64,000 bases of DNA, from contig JBAZSW010000007.1 in NCBI GenBank assembly GCA_041662245.1, positions 163 through 64,162 of the forward strand, given 5' to 3'. Below the pieces are notes generated by a model. That model saw only the letters and a list, made by a program, of their open reading frames with translations, ran no database searches and had not been told where the DNA came from. Within the stretch, counting starts at the first letter, position 1; every line of letters starts with the position of its first letter. Below, one piece after another: positions 40,039 through 50,320 of this stretch. Made by a program: the position numbers and the translations under genes. This DNA comes from Parcubacteria group bacterium (GTDB lineage: Bacteria > Patescibacteriota > Minisyncoccia > Moranbacterales > UBA9337).

Positions 40039-40419
40039 ATGAAAAATATGGGAATTAATGTTGAATTTAATCCAGATTTAGCCCTGCGAGATATCTCTAA
40101 ATATAAATCTGGAGAAAGAAGAATTGAAGAATGTGTGCCGGAAAATTTAGAAGAGGGAGAAGTTTATGAATTTCTCAAAAGCGGACAAAGATTGTATTAT
40201 TTGAGCGATAGTGAATTTTATGGCAATGGCCAGCTTCCATTGATGAAAACAAAGGGTAACGAAGATCTATCGCGACCACTAGCCAGTATAAAAATTTTAG
40301 AAGCCACACATTTTTTAGAAAATGGTGAAGTTTATACCAAGGGAAAATACCAAGTGATAAAAGTATTTGATGAAGCTGATCCGAAAATTCATTTTGAAGC
40401 ATGTAAAATAATTGAATAA
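40039..40419 (+). CDS. Hypothetical protein (MGI.VEFNPDLALR type)
   Basis: 126-aa ORF in an operon. Confidence 0.7.
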   Translation: MKNMGINVEFNPDLALRDISKYKSGERRIEECVPENLEEGEVYEFLKSGQRLYYLSDSEFYGNGQLPLMKTKGNEDLSRPLASIKILEATHFLENGEVYTKGKYQVIKVFDEADPKIHFEACKIIE

Positions 40420-40458
40420 ATCGAGATTATAAAATAATATATTAATTAATAAATAAAT

Positions 40459-40791
40459 ATGTCAGAATTGATCATAAAAGAAAATCCAACACTGCCTGAT
40501 TTTCAAAAATATGCTACTGATATGGAGAGTCAAAGAGGTTTTCAAGACGAAACAATAATAGAACAATGTTTATTATTAGGAGAGGAAGTTGGGGAGCTTT
40601 TTAAGGCAGTACGTAAAAATAATACAACTTTGTCTTTCGATAATAAAAATTCCAAAGCCAAAGATGTCGCTAATGAACTAGCTGATATAATGATATATTT
40701 ATTTTGTATCTCCAATAGACTTGGTATAGACTTAGAAAAAGCGATTAGGGACAAGGAAGAAATAAATAAAAAAAGAATTTGGGAAAAATAA
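40459..40791 (+). CDS. MazG-like nucleotide pyrophosphohydrolase
   Basis: EEVGEL..A...ELAD motif. Confidence 0.87.
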   Translation: MSELIIKENPTLPDFQKYATDMESQRGFQDETIIEQCLLLGEEVGELFKAVRKNNTTLSFDNKNSKAKDVANELADIMIYLFCISNRLGIDLEKAIRDKEEINKKRIWEK

Positions 40792-40931
40792 ATATATTAA
40801 TATAATGACATCCCTGACTTGTCGTACGCAGATGAAATTGAGGCTATATAATCAATTGTAATTAATCAAGATTTAGATAAATTAATCCCAGTTAAATAGT
40901 GCGGATTACCGCAATTTAACGGGACAAGTAT

Positions 40932-41519
40932 ATGCAAAGAAAAATAATTTTAGCTTCCAAATCGTATTGGCGAAAAGCTCTTCTGGAACAAATTGGATTA
41001 AAAGATTTTGAAATAGTTGAAAGTGATTACGAGGAGGATATGACAGCTTTAACTAATCCTAGAGAATTAGCCAAGTTTTTAGCTTTGAAAAAAGGAGAGG
41101 CTGTGGCAGAAAAATTTGATGATGCAATTATTATTTCTGGCGATACTTTTATAGTTTTTGAGGGAAAATTTATTGGTAAACCCAAAGATAGCGAAGATGC
41201 AAAGAAAACCCTTAGAATGTTTTCAGGAAAAGAGGTGACAGCTGTGAGTGGTTACGCTGTTATTGATACCAAAACTGGAAAAATAATTAATGATTTTAAT
41301 GAAGGCAATCTAATATTCAGAAATCTGAGTGAAGATGAAATTGATGATTATGTAGCGACGAAAGAGCCTTTAAGTTTAGCGGGATCATTTGGGATAATGA
41401 AGAGAGCCGCTGTTTTAATTGAGTCAGTCAATGGGGATTTTTATTCAATTGTCGGATTTCCCATTAATAAGATTTATTTAGCGCTAAAAGAGATGGGCGT
41501 GAATGTTTTTAAAATATAA
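40932..41519 (+). CDS. maf: Maf family nucleoside triphosphate pyrophosphatase
   Basis: IILAS.S..R..LL, DT, GKP, AG and VG.P motifs. Confidence 0.9.
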   Translation: MQRKIILASKSYWRKALLEQIGLKDFEIVESDYEEDMTALTNPRELAKFLALKKGEAVAEKFDDAIIISGDTFIVFEGKFIGKPKDSEDAKKTLRMFSGKEVTAVSGYAVIDTKTGKIINDFNEGNLIFRNLSEDEIDDYVATKEPLSLAGSFGIMKRAAVLIESVNGDFYSIVGFPINKIYLALKEMGVNVFKI

Positions 41520-41592
41520 ATAAATTGACTATTCTTAGTTTAAAAGTTAGAATTTATAATAAGAATGAAGTAGACAATCAATGAATAGCGAC

Positions 41593-41700
41593 GAGATTTC
41601 TCCGCTTCTAAATTTATGAGTACCATGTTATTTGACATGACAGGCATAACTTTATTCGGCCCGCTTCGCAGTAGCTTTAGCGAGGCGAGTCAAAATGACA
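41593..41700. repeat. Nested REP-like hairpin remnant upstream of tRNA-Val
   Basis: gagatttctccgctt ... ggcccgcttcgcagtagctttagcgaggcgagtc aaaatgaca. Confidence 0.45.
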
Positions 41701-41784
41701 TAATCGGAGATATTAAAAATTGGATATTTATTGATTTGGATATTGTTTGAAAATTGGTTATTGAATATTCCCCGAAAGGGGCAC

Positions 41785-41858
41785 GGGTGTATAGCTCAGT
41801 TGGTTAGAGCATTCGCATGACATGCGAGGGGTCTCTGGTTCGAGTCCAGATACGCCCA
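41785..41858 (+). tRNA. tRNA-Val(GAC)
   Basis: GGGTGTATAGCTCAGTTGG...TTCGC AT GAC AT GCGAG...GGTTCGAGTCC...TACGCCCA. Confidence 0.93.
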
Positions 41859-41940
41859 CTATTTTTAATCTTGAAAGAAGCTTTTTTAAAAGTACGTATT
41901 AATAAACAAAGCAGATTCAAATAATCTTTTGTAACTATAC

Positions 41941-42525
41941 ATGATAAATATAGAAGACTGCGAAAAAAAAGAGGATAAAGAACTTGTGAAGCTGTCCTTG
42001 GAAAATCAGGAATATTTTTATTGTATAATTTCTCGTTATGAGAAAATAATTCTATATTATATTCAGCGAATATCCTCATTATCCAAGGAAGATGCGGAAG
42101 ATATTTTGCAGGAAGTTTTTATTAGTGTTTATCAAAATTTAAACGATTTTGATGATAGTTTAAAATTTTCTTCTTGGATTTATAGAATTGCTCATAATAA
42201 AACAATTAGCGCTTGGCGAAAAACGAAATCTCGACCAAAAACTATTCCTACTGATAGTGATGAAAATTTATTTAATTTTATTGCCAGTAATGAAGATATC
42301 ATCGGAGAGCTCGAACGTAAGCACACCGCTAAAGAATTGAGGCTGTCTTTGGACAAATTGGATGAAAAATATAAAGAAGTTTTAATTTTAAAATTCTTAG
42401 AAGACAAAGATTATAAAGAAATTTCAGATATATTAAAAAAACCGATGGGAACAGTGGCGACCTTGATAAATAGAGCCAAGACAAAGCTTCGCGAAGAGAT
42501 AAATAGGCAAAAAATAATTAAATAA
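41941..42525 (+). CDS. ECF-type RNA polymerase sigma factor
   Basis: DAEDILQEVF and FSSWIYRIAHN (region 2); YKEISDIL..P.GTV...I.RA (region 4). Confidence 0.93.
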   Translation: MINIEDCEKKEDKELVKLSLENQEYFYCIISRYEKIILYYIQRISSLSKEDAEDILQEVFISVYQNLNDFDDSLKFSSWIYRIAHNKTISAWRKTKSRPKTIPTDSDENLFNFIASNEDIIGELERKHTAKELRLSLDKLDEKYKEVLILKFLEDKDYKEISDILKKPMGTVATLINRAKTKLREEINRQKIIK

Positions 42526-42535
42526 TTTAATTTTT

Positions 42536-43243
42536 ATGAGTGATCGGGCCAGTAAAATTTTAAAAGACATAGAGCAGAAAAAAATAAAACCAAAATCTAG
42601 ATGGTTATTTTTAGCTGAGGATTACTTACTGTGGGCTTTTTTTGTTTTAACTACATTGGTGGGTGCTTTGGCAGTAAGTGTAATAATATTTATTTGGGCA
42701 GATAATGATTGGGATATCTACAAATATTTAGAGAAAGATTTTTTTATCTATATGTTATGGAGCCTGCCTTATTTTTGGTTTATTGTTTTAGTGATTCTTT
42801 CTATAATTGCTTATTTTAATTATATTCATACTAGGAAAGGCTATTTACTAAATCCATATGGAGTAGTTGCAATAGGTTTATTGGGGAGCATTTTTTTAGG
42901 TTGGATATTTTTTGTAAGTGGGATGGGTAAAAGTGTTGATGAAATCTTAGATGACAATGTCGTTTATTATAATGGTTCGGATAAAAATAAGATATTTTTT
43001 TGGACTAATTCAAATAGGGGGCTTTTGGCAGGAGAAATTATTGAATTGAAAGATGGAAGCAGTTTGTTAATTATGGATTTTAATAAGGAGCGTTGGCAAG
43101 TAATGGGGGATGATACTATTTGGGAAAAAAGTGCTACACATAAAATAGGGGAAAGAATAAAAATTATCGGTAAAATTGAAAAAGAAGGCGTTTTCAAGGC
43201 ACGAGAAATTAGATCTTGGAATAACGCTTTTACCAATAGATAA
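42536..43243 (+). CDS. Membrane protein, possible anti-sigma factor
   Basis: Three TM segments; directly downstream of the ECF sigma gene. Confidence 0.6.
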   Translation: MSDRASKILKDIEQKKIKPKSRWLFLAEDYLLWAFFVLTTLVGALAVSVIIFIWADNDWDIYKYLEKDFFIYMLWSLPYFWFIVLVILSIIAYFNYIHTRKGYLLNPYGVVAIGLLGSIFLGWIFFVSGMGKSVDEILDDNVVYYNGSDKNKIFFWTNSNRGLLAGEIIELKDGSSLLIMDFNKERWQVMGDDTIWEKSATHKIGERIKIIGKIEKEGVFKAREIRSWNNAFTNR

Positions 43244-43358
43244 ATATAAAGACGCCGGATATTTGTGGCGACTTAACGTTATAGACGAAGGCGTTTTTAT
43301 TTTGTATAATGTATAGAGGAAATCAGAGATTAGCTGGGTAATTTTTTAAGAATAACCA

Positions 43359-44612
43359 ATGATTAAAATAAATAATTTAATAGGAAAATTCAAATTTTAC
43401 ATAACATCTTTTTTGTTTTTAGGAATGTTATTTTTTGCTCTCGGGACAACAATAGCAAATGCACAAGAAGTCACTAAAGAGAAAAATATTTTTGTTTTTG
43501 TAAGAGAAGGCTGTGGTGCTTGTGCTAAGGAAGAAGCTTTTTTAAAAACCATTAAGGACAGTAATATTAAGATTGCCCTTCTGGACATTCAAGATGCTGA
43601 AAACTATAGTAATTTTTTGAAAATTACGGATAAAAATAAATTATCCAAAGTCACTCCCATTACTCTAGTTGGAGGAGAGGTTTTGGTGGGATTTGATAGT
43701 AATGAACTGACGGGCAAGAAAATAATAGATTTGGCTGACAATGCTCATTTTGATATAGGTACTTATCTGCAAGAAGACTCGGCGATAGATAACGGCACTG
43801 AAGTTTGTAAGTTAGGTGGAGTAGATTCCTGTTCGAAAGATGATGTGGCGAAAAATGATTTAGAAAAAATAAAAGTTCCTGTTTTTGGAGTCATAAATAC
43901 CAAAGATTTTTCTTTATTGTCTTTGTCTGCTATTATTGGTTTTGTCGATGGATTTAATCCTTGTGCGATGTGGGTGCTGGTAGCCTTTTTAATTGCTCTC
44001 TCTCAAGTGGGAAGTCAACTTAAAATGTTTATAGTAGCAGGATTATTTATCATAGCAGAATCAGTGATGTATTTCTTAATTTTAAATGTCTGGTACAAAA
44101 CTTGGGATTTTATCAAATTAGATTGGCTGATGCTTCCGCTAGTGGGACTCTTAAGTCTGGGCGGAGGGATTTATTTTCTTTATAAATTTAGAAAAAATAA
44201 AGGGCAATTAGTTTGTGATGTAACTAGCCTCGAGCATCAAAGAAAAACTACCACAAAAATAAAAAATATTGCTACTCGACCACTTAATATTTTCGGAGCT
44301 TTTGTGATAATTGGTTTAGCTTTTTCAGTCAATATTATAGAGTTCGCTTGCTCAGTAGGGCTAGCCCAATCTTTCACAAAGATATTAGAGCTAAATAATT
44401 TGAGCTTTTGGGCTCAGCAATGGTACACGGGAGTTTACACTTTATTTTACATGGTGGATGATTTTATAGTTTTTGGTTTAGCCATTTTTGGTTATCGAAA
44501 ATTTTATCAGTTTGGTGCTAAGTATTCCAATTTAGCACTTTTAATTGGAGGAATTATTTTAATAATTTTAGGAATATTAATGATGACCGGTAAGAATGTT
44601 TTTGTTTTTTAA
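43359..44612 (+). CDS. Glutaredoxin-like domain fused to a DsbD/CcdA-like membrane domain
   Basis: CGAC in the N-terminal domain; DGFNPCAMWVL and EFACS in the TM region. Confidence 0.75.
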   Translation: MIKINNLIGKFKFYITSFLFLGMLFFALGTTIANAQEVTKEKNIFVFVREGCGACAKEEAFLKTIKDSNIKIALLDIQDAENYSNFLKITDKNKLSKVTPITLVGGEVLVGFDSNELTGKKIIDLADNAHFDIGTYLQEDSAIDNGTEVCKLGGVDSCSKDDVAKNDLEKIKVPVFGVINTKDFSLLSLSAIIGFVDGFNPCAMWVLVAFLIALSQVGSQLKMFIVAGLFIIAESVMYFLILNVWYKTWDFIKLDWLMLPLVGLLSLGGGIYFLYKFRKNKGQLVCDVTSLEHQRKTTTKIKNIATRPLNIFGAFVIIGLAFSVNIIEFACSVGLAQSFTKILELNNLSFWAQQWYTGVYTLFYMVDDFIVFGLAIFGYRKFYQFGAKYSNLALLIGGIILIILGILMMTGKNVFVF

Positions 44613-44621
44613 TGAATTAAA

Positions 44622-46127
44622 GTGTATAAGTTTATGAATAATAAAAAAATTAGACTAAGATTTGCCCCCTCTCCAACGGGTTATATGCATGTGGGAAATT
44701 TTAGATCGGCTCTGTATGCTTATCTTTTTGTAAAAAAAAATAATGGAGAGTTTATATTACGCATCGAAGATACAGACAGAAAGAGGGAGGTTCAGGGTGC
44801 GGTAGAAAAAATAATTCAGATTATTAATTGGGCTGGATTTCAGTACCAGGAAGGAGTTTTTATGGAAGACGGAAAGATTGTTCAAAGAGGAGAATTTGGA
44901 CCTTATATTCAGTCTGAGCGCTTGGAAATATATAAGCAGTATGCCCAAGAACTAATAAAAAATAAAACAGCTTACTATTGTTTTTGTACGGAGGATGAAT
45001 TACAAGCGATGAGAGATGAGCAAATTGTCCAAAAGAAACCGCCTATGTATAATAGGAAATGTTTAAATTTATCTGCCGAAGAAATTGAGAAGAAAATAGC
45101 CAGTGGTGCTCCTTATGTTGTCCGACAAAAAATAAATACCCAAGGGATGACTGCCTACCAGGATATGGTGCGCGGACATATCGAATTTAAAAATGAACTT
45201 TTAGATGATCAGATTCTTATTAAGTCTGATGGATATCCTACTTATAATTTTGCTAATGTTATAGATGATCATCTGATGCAGATTAGCCACGTGTTTAGGG
45301 GAGAAGAATATATTTCGAGTACACCTAAATATATACAGCTCTATCAAAATTTTAATTGGGAGATTCCCGTGGTTGCCCATTTGCCACTTCTTCTAAATCT
45401 TGACAAATCAAAGCTCTCCAAGCGACAGGGGGATGTTTCAGTGGATGATTATATTAAAAATGGTTATTTGCGAGAGGCGATTATAAATTTCGTGGTGCTC
45501 TTGGGGTGGAATTTAGGAGAAGGTAGCACTCAAGAAATTTTTTCTCTCAAAGATTTAGAAAACATTTTTGATATCCAAAGAGTTCACAAAGCCGGAGCAT
45601 TTTTTGATATAAAAAAATTAGATTGGCTCAATGCCCAATATATTAAAAAGCTTTCTCTAAACGATCTGTATCAAAAATCATTGGAATTTTTTCAACAAAA
45701 AGATTTTTATAATAATGCTACTGCCGAAAAAAAAGTTGAAAGTTATCTAAAAAAAGTTTTAACCGTTGAACAGGAACGCTTGATAAAATTATCTGAAGTA
45801 GGGGAGGAGAATAAGTTCTTCTTTTCTGCCGAAGTGGATGTAAATGTCGATGATATGCGCTGGAAAGAAAACTCTGATAAGCAAACAAGAGAAAATTTAG
45901 AAAAAGCTAAGGATGTTTTAAAAAATATCTCTGACGAAAATTGGACTCTAGAGAATATTGAAAAAGAATTACTAGAAATCGCTGGTGACAAGAGAGGCGA
46001 TTTATTATTTCCGCTACGAGCTGTTCTTACGGGAGAAAAGAAATCACCCTCGCCCTTTCAGGTTTCTTGGGTGCTAGGGAAAGAAGAATCTTTAAAGAGA
46101 ATTGAAAAGGGGATAGCGTTAGTATAG
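44622..46127 (+). CDS. gltX: Glutamate-tRNA ligase
   Basis: RFAPSPTG.MHVG, LRIEDTD and KLSKR motifs. Confidence 0.97.
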   Translation: MYKFMNNKKIRLRFAPSPTGYMHVGNFRSALYAYLFVKKNNGEFILRIEDTDRKREVQGAVEKIIQIINWAGFQYQEGVFMEDGKIVQRGEFGPYIQSERLEIYKQYAQELIKNKTAYYCFCTEDELQAMRDEQIVQKKPPMYNRKCLNLSAEEIEKKIASGAPYVVRQKINTQGMTAYQDMVRGHIEFKNELLDDQILIKSDGYPTYNFANVIDDHLMQISHVFRGEEYISSTPKYIQLYQNFNWEIPVVAHLPLLLNLDKSKLSKRQGDVSVDDYIKNGYLREAIINFVVLLGWNLGEGSTQEIFSLKDLENIFDIQRVHKAGAFFDIKKLDWLNAQYIKKLSLNDLYQKSLEFFQQKDFYNNATAEKKVESYLKKVLTVEQERLIKLSEVGEENKFFFSAEVDVNVDDMRWKENSDKQTRENLEKAKDVLKNISDENWTLENIEKELLEIAGDKRGDLLFPLRAVLTGEKKSPSPFQVSWVLGKEESLKRIEKGIALV

Positions 46128-46159
46128 ACACATTAAAAAATAAATTTTAAAATCTCTAT

Positions 46160-47497
46160 ATGGAGATAAAAAATAAAAGAAAAAATAGAATTTATATTGT
46201 GAAGTTATTTATACTTTTTGTTTTTGCGTTTATTTTTTATTCTCCCAAATTTATTTTAGCTGATGATTCTACGAGTACAACTCTAACTGCCGAAGATCAA
46301 AAAAAAATAGATGAGACTAACGAAGAGCTTGAAAAACTTAATGAAAAAGCGGCTACTTATGAAAAATTGTTATTGCTCAAACAAAAGCAAAAAAATCTTT
46401 TGGGTACTCAAATAGATAGTTTAAACTCAGGAATATCTGATATCGAAAACAAAATTAAAGAAAATTCAATTAGCTTAGAAGAATTAAATAAACGAAATGA
46501 TGAGCTCCAAACTGAAATATTAAAAAATGAGGTTTTAATTCAAAATCAGAGAAAAATTCTTGCTGATATTGTCAGATCCTACCAAGAAAACAATGAAAAT
46601 ACGCTTACTAAAATTATTTTTAATATAGAAAGTTTTTCTAGTATCGTTAAAAGGGATGATTATTTGAGTCAGACTAGTGATAAGATACTGGAGATAACTA
46701 ATAATTTAAAATCTCTTCAGGTGGAAATAAAAAAGTCCCAAAGTGAGTTGCTAAAGAATAGAGATGCTTTAGTAGAAATTAAAATTAAATTGTCTGAAGA
46801 AAATACTAATCTGCGTTCAGCTAAGATTCAAAAAAATACACTTTTAATTCAAACTCAAGGCGATGAAGCCACTTATCAAGCCAAATTAGACAAGATAGAA
46901 AAACAAAAGAAACAATTATTGGGAGATATTGATGAATTGTATAATGCTAATTTTGCCGAAATTAGTGCTTTTGCTTCAAAATTAAGCAAGCCAACTTCGG
47001 GATTGGCAGAAACTAGTTGGTATTATTCCCAGAAAGATCCTCGTTGGGGAAATGAAACCATTGGAAATTCTAGATCAAAAATGAAGGATCTGGGTTGTGC
47101 CGTGAGCTCAGTGGCAATGGTTTTCACTTATCATGGAGAGCATATTAATCCTAAACAACTATCAGATAGGCCTATTTTTTCTTGGGATCTAATTAATTGG
47201 CCTAAAACTTGGGATAGTTTAACTCTTTCTAGTAGTACTGGTCATGGTGGAGTGAGCTGGAGTACGATTGATAAGGAAATTAAGAATGAAAATCCGGTTA
47301 TTGTTTTTATTAACGCTAAAAATGGGGCAGGGCATTATGTAGTGATTCATCATAAGGCAAATAATGGAAAATATGTAGTACATGATCCATATTGGGGAGC
47401 CAATATTTATTTGGATTCAAGTATGGAATTGTTATCAAAACTTTATAAAGTTTCTGTCTCTAAGAGTGCAATTAATCAGATGATAATATATAAGTAG
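46160..47497 (+). CDS. Secreted coiled-coil protein with C39-like cysteine peptidase domain
   Basis: Signal/TM segment, long coiled coil, YSQKDPRW, GCAVSSVAM, GHYVV and DPYW. Confidence 0.8.
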   Translation: MEIKNKRKNRIYIVKLFILFVFAFIFYSPKFILADDSTSTTLTAEDQKKIDETNEELEKLNEKAATYEKLLLLKQKQKNLLGTQIDSLNSGISDIENKIKENSISLEELNKRNDELQTEILKNEVLIQNQRKILADIVRSYQENNENTLTKIIFNIESFSSIVKRDDYLSQTSDKILEITNNLKSLQVEIKKSQSELLKNRDALVEIKIKLSEENTNLRSAKIQKNTLLIQTQGDEATYQAKLDKIEKQKKQLLGDIDELYNANFAEISAFASKLSKPTSGLAETSWYYSQKDPRWGNETIGNSRSKMKDLGCAVSSVAMVFTYHGEHINPKQLSDRPIFSWDLINWPKTWDSLTLSSSTGHGGVSWSTIDKEIKNENPVIVFINAKNGAGHYVVIHHKANNGKYVVHDPYWGANIYLDSSMELLSKLYKVSVSKSAINQMIIYK

Positions 47498-47686
47498 GGG
47501 GAAGATAATTTCAAATTACAAATTTCCAATGTCAAATAAATTCCCAAAATCCTAAATTCCTAGATTTACAAAGTCTTAAATATAAACTTTTAATTTTGCA
47601 CGTTTCATTTCCATTTGCACTTCTCGTGTCGCACAACCCCCTTTGAATGAATTTATTAATTTTAATAGGTGATAAATAAATAATAT

Positions 47687-48145
47687 ATGAAGAAATTCAA
47701 ACTTGCTAAAGGGCAAGTAAATTATACCTATATTCATTGGGCGCCAGTGATAAATTGCGTTTTGGAATTTCAGGGCAAAATTTTAATTGTTCAAAGAAAT
47801 AAAAATTTAAATTTTTATCCAAATTATTATAATGGAATTTCCGGATTTTTAGATGATAATAAATCATTAGAGGAGAAAGTTAGAAATGAAATTAAAGAAG
47901 AACTGAGTTTAAAAAATGCTGATATAAAATCTATTACGTTGGGAAATATTTTTCATCAAAAAGCTTCTAAATATAACAAGACTTGGATAGTGCATCCCAT
48001 CTTGGTACGTGTTAAAACAAACAAAATAAAGCTTGATTGGGAGGCTCAAAATTTTAAGTGGATAGATATCAATGATGCTTCAAAATATAAACTTTTGCCA
48101 GGATTTAATAAGGTATTGGCAGAAATAAAAACTTTGTTACCTTAG
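47687..48145 (+). CDS. NUDIX hydrolase
   Basis: G...D........EIKEEL Nudix-like box; LDWE...W. Confidence 0.82.
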   Translation: MKKFKLAKGQVNYTYIHWAPVINCVLEFQGKILIVQRNKNLNFYPNYYNGISGFLDDNKSLEEKVRNEIKEELSLKNADIKSITLGNIFHQKASKYNKTWIVHPILVRVKTNKIKLDWEAQNFKWIDINDASKYKLLPGFNKVLAEIKTLLP

Positions 48146-48199
48146 GATTTTTTTTGGATGTTCTTTAAAAAATAAACTTTATTTTTTTAATTTTAAGGG

Positions 48200-48506
48200 T
48201 ACATCTATGTATGCTCCTAGGTCCCCAAAATGGTATTTTTTTGAAGTATTTTTTTGTGTTTTTAAAAACTCTAAAAAACTACATTTTTTAATAATATTTA
48301 GGTACATGGATGTATGCTAAGATTAATAAAAAACAAAATAAAAAATATAATTTTTTATTAGAATACAAAATATTAATATCTGTTGATGGGAATAGTCCCT
48401 TATCTTTACATTTTTTTGATTATGATAGGGGAGTAGTTAATCTAAGTAGTTATCTTAAATAAACACGAAATAGTGTATAGTTTTTTAAAAGAGATACATA
48501 GATGTA
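48200..48506. promoter_or_regulatory. Three copies of palindrome TACATnnATGTA (48200-48211, 48303-48314, 48495-48506)
   Basis: tacatctatgta, tacatggatgta and tacatagatgta, each followed by TRCT. Confidence 0.6.
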
Positions 48507-48906
48507 TACTCTTAGATGGAAATTTAAGAACCAGCAGACTATTTTACGTTGCAGCAGAAAGTCTTTGTAATAAATGTTAAGAAATAACTAATTAAAGTAT
48601 TTTTTATATTATAAAATAATTTATTCAAAGCAATTGCTATCTTATATGAAAATAAGTGTAGCTGTGCTAAATAAATGCTAGCAGAGGGACCAATGATGGT
48701 TTACTAATCGATTTAAAAGCGGTTATTCAATGCAAAATACGAGTTATTTTAGATAGAATGTCGTAAAATCTACATTGTGCGACATACTGAATATATAGAC
48801 AAACCACTTCTGTTTCACTCTATTTAATACCTCGTGCACGATGACACTGATATAAATAAAATGACATAAAGTGGTTTTTAATTTTTTGTACGTATATTGT
48901 TATCTC

Positions 48907-49122
48907 TTATCCAAAAATAACAAAAGGTTTCGGAACGCCTGCGAATTTTCCCTGTAGCTCCTGAATGAAAGCTTCTTTATCCTTCTCAGAAGCCTTTTCC
49001 CCCACTACAATATTGCAGTGGGTGCAGATAAGGTTTCCCGTTTTTTCTTCCCATTGTAGGGAACTCTGGCAGCTGGGACATCCCCACTCATTCTCGTCGG
49101 CCCTTCTTTCCGTTGATGGCAT
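48907..49122 (-). CDS. Small Zn-ribbon protein, hypothetical
   Basis: CPSC...CTHC; SD GAGGAGG. Confidence 0.7.
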   Translation of the reverse strand: MPSTERRADENEWGCPSCQSSLQWEEKTGNLICTHCNIVVGEKASEKDKEAFIQELQGKFAGVPKPFVIFG

Positions 49123-49292
49123 AATATTTCCTCCTCAATTTTTGAGAAAAAAGAAAAAACTAACCCTATTTGTACTCCCCCCTATTATAGCATATTTAGA
49201 CGATTTTGTCTATAGCTATAATATTGGGGGCTTTGTAAAATGAGTCCTGTATATCCAATGGACAATACAGGGTTTCTGAGAAGAGTAAGGAG

Positions 49293-49697
49293 TTACTTAC
49301 GAAAATTCTAAATCTTTAGAATTTCAATTAAGGCCAATTCTATTTCCAGTGGAGAGAAACGTGGATAAGAAAGACCGCTACAACTGAGGTGCACCGTTGG
49401 AATTTCTAGAGAAGGGTCAATGTGCAACAATATATTTGGGAAATGATCACAGTGACGATAAATCAAAAGATTATACATTGAAACGATTAATTTCTCAATT
49501 GGCGCTCTTTCTTGAGCATCACTGTTAATGTAATTATCTGGAAGACGTTTTTTCCAAAAATTATTATTAATGATTTCAATTGTCGATCCGGGGCTATTCT
49601 TTTGAATAACCTCAGTAAACTATTTGATATCTTCTGCGTCAAATGGATGGCAAGTGCTGAGCATTAAAACTTTTAATGAACTATTTTTATATGTCAT
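49293..49697 (-). pseudogene. Orphan ORF interrupted only by in-frame TAG codons
   Basis: Promoter TTGACA-17-TAAATT and SD AAGAGG; TAG at 49620-22, 49593-95 and 49308-10; final TAA at 49293-95. Confidence 0.55.
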
Positions 49698-49868
49698 TTT
49701 TTATTCCTCTTAGGTAGAATGAATTTTTGGTGTACATATATATTTGTGTAATATTAAATTTATGGCACTAAGTAATTTTTGTCAATTGTAAGTAAAGTGA
49801 TTTAACTAAAATAAAAAAACTTAGTTTTTTCCACTAAGTTTTTTTTAAAAAATAATTGTAAAAAATTA

Positions 49869-50282
49869 TCAAAGCTTTATCCAAAAAGCTTCTGTCTCGG
49901 CAGGGATAAATCCTAAAGATGCATAGAGATTTCTGGCTGCTATGCGACTGGGGTTGCTCGTAAGACTTAGTGATTTTAATTTTTCTTTTTTAGCTACTGC
50001 GATTAATTCTTCTACTAATTTTTTACCAAGTCCCCCACCCCGGTAAACGCTACTGACTACGATATCTTCTAACTTTCCCACCATTCCTCTGGTAGGCACA
50101 GGATAAATAGCTAAAGCTCCAAAACCAATAATATCTCCATCACTTTCAATAACACGACAACAAACCGCTTTGTTATTTAAGAGAAGTTGAGGTTCAAAGT
50201 TAATGGGTCCCTCAGTTAATTCCTTAAGTAGCTCTCTAACTTTATCAGTATCTTCTTCTTTAAAAGGTCTAATATTAAACAT
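49869..50282 (-). CDS. GNAT family acetyltransferase
   Basis: EDIVV...YRGGGLGK and LTSNPSR.AA..LY..LGF motifs. Confidence 0.9.
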   Translation of the reverse strand: MFNIRPFKEEDTDKVRELLKELTEGPINFEPQLLLNNKAVCCRVIESDGDIIGFGALAIYPVPTRGMVGKLEDIVVSSVYRGGGLGKKLVEELIAVAKKEKLKSLSLTSNPSRIAARNLYASLGFIPAETEAFWIKL

Positions 50283-50320
50283 ATTTTTTAAATTAATTTT
50301 TTATATAAAATAAATTTTTG

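Noticed and set aside
41804-42079. 91-aa minus-strand ORF
   Set aside because: Antisense to tRNA-Val and the sigma factor gene.
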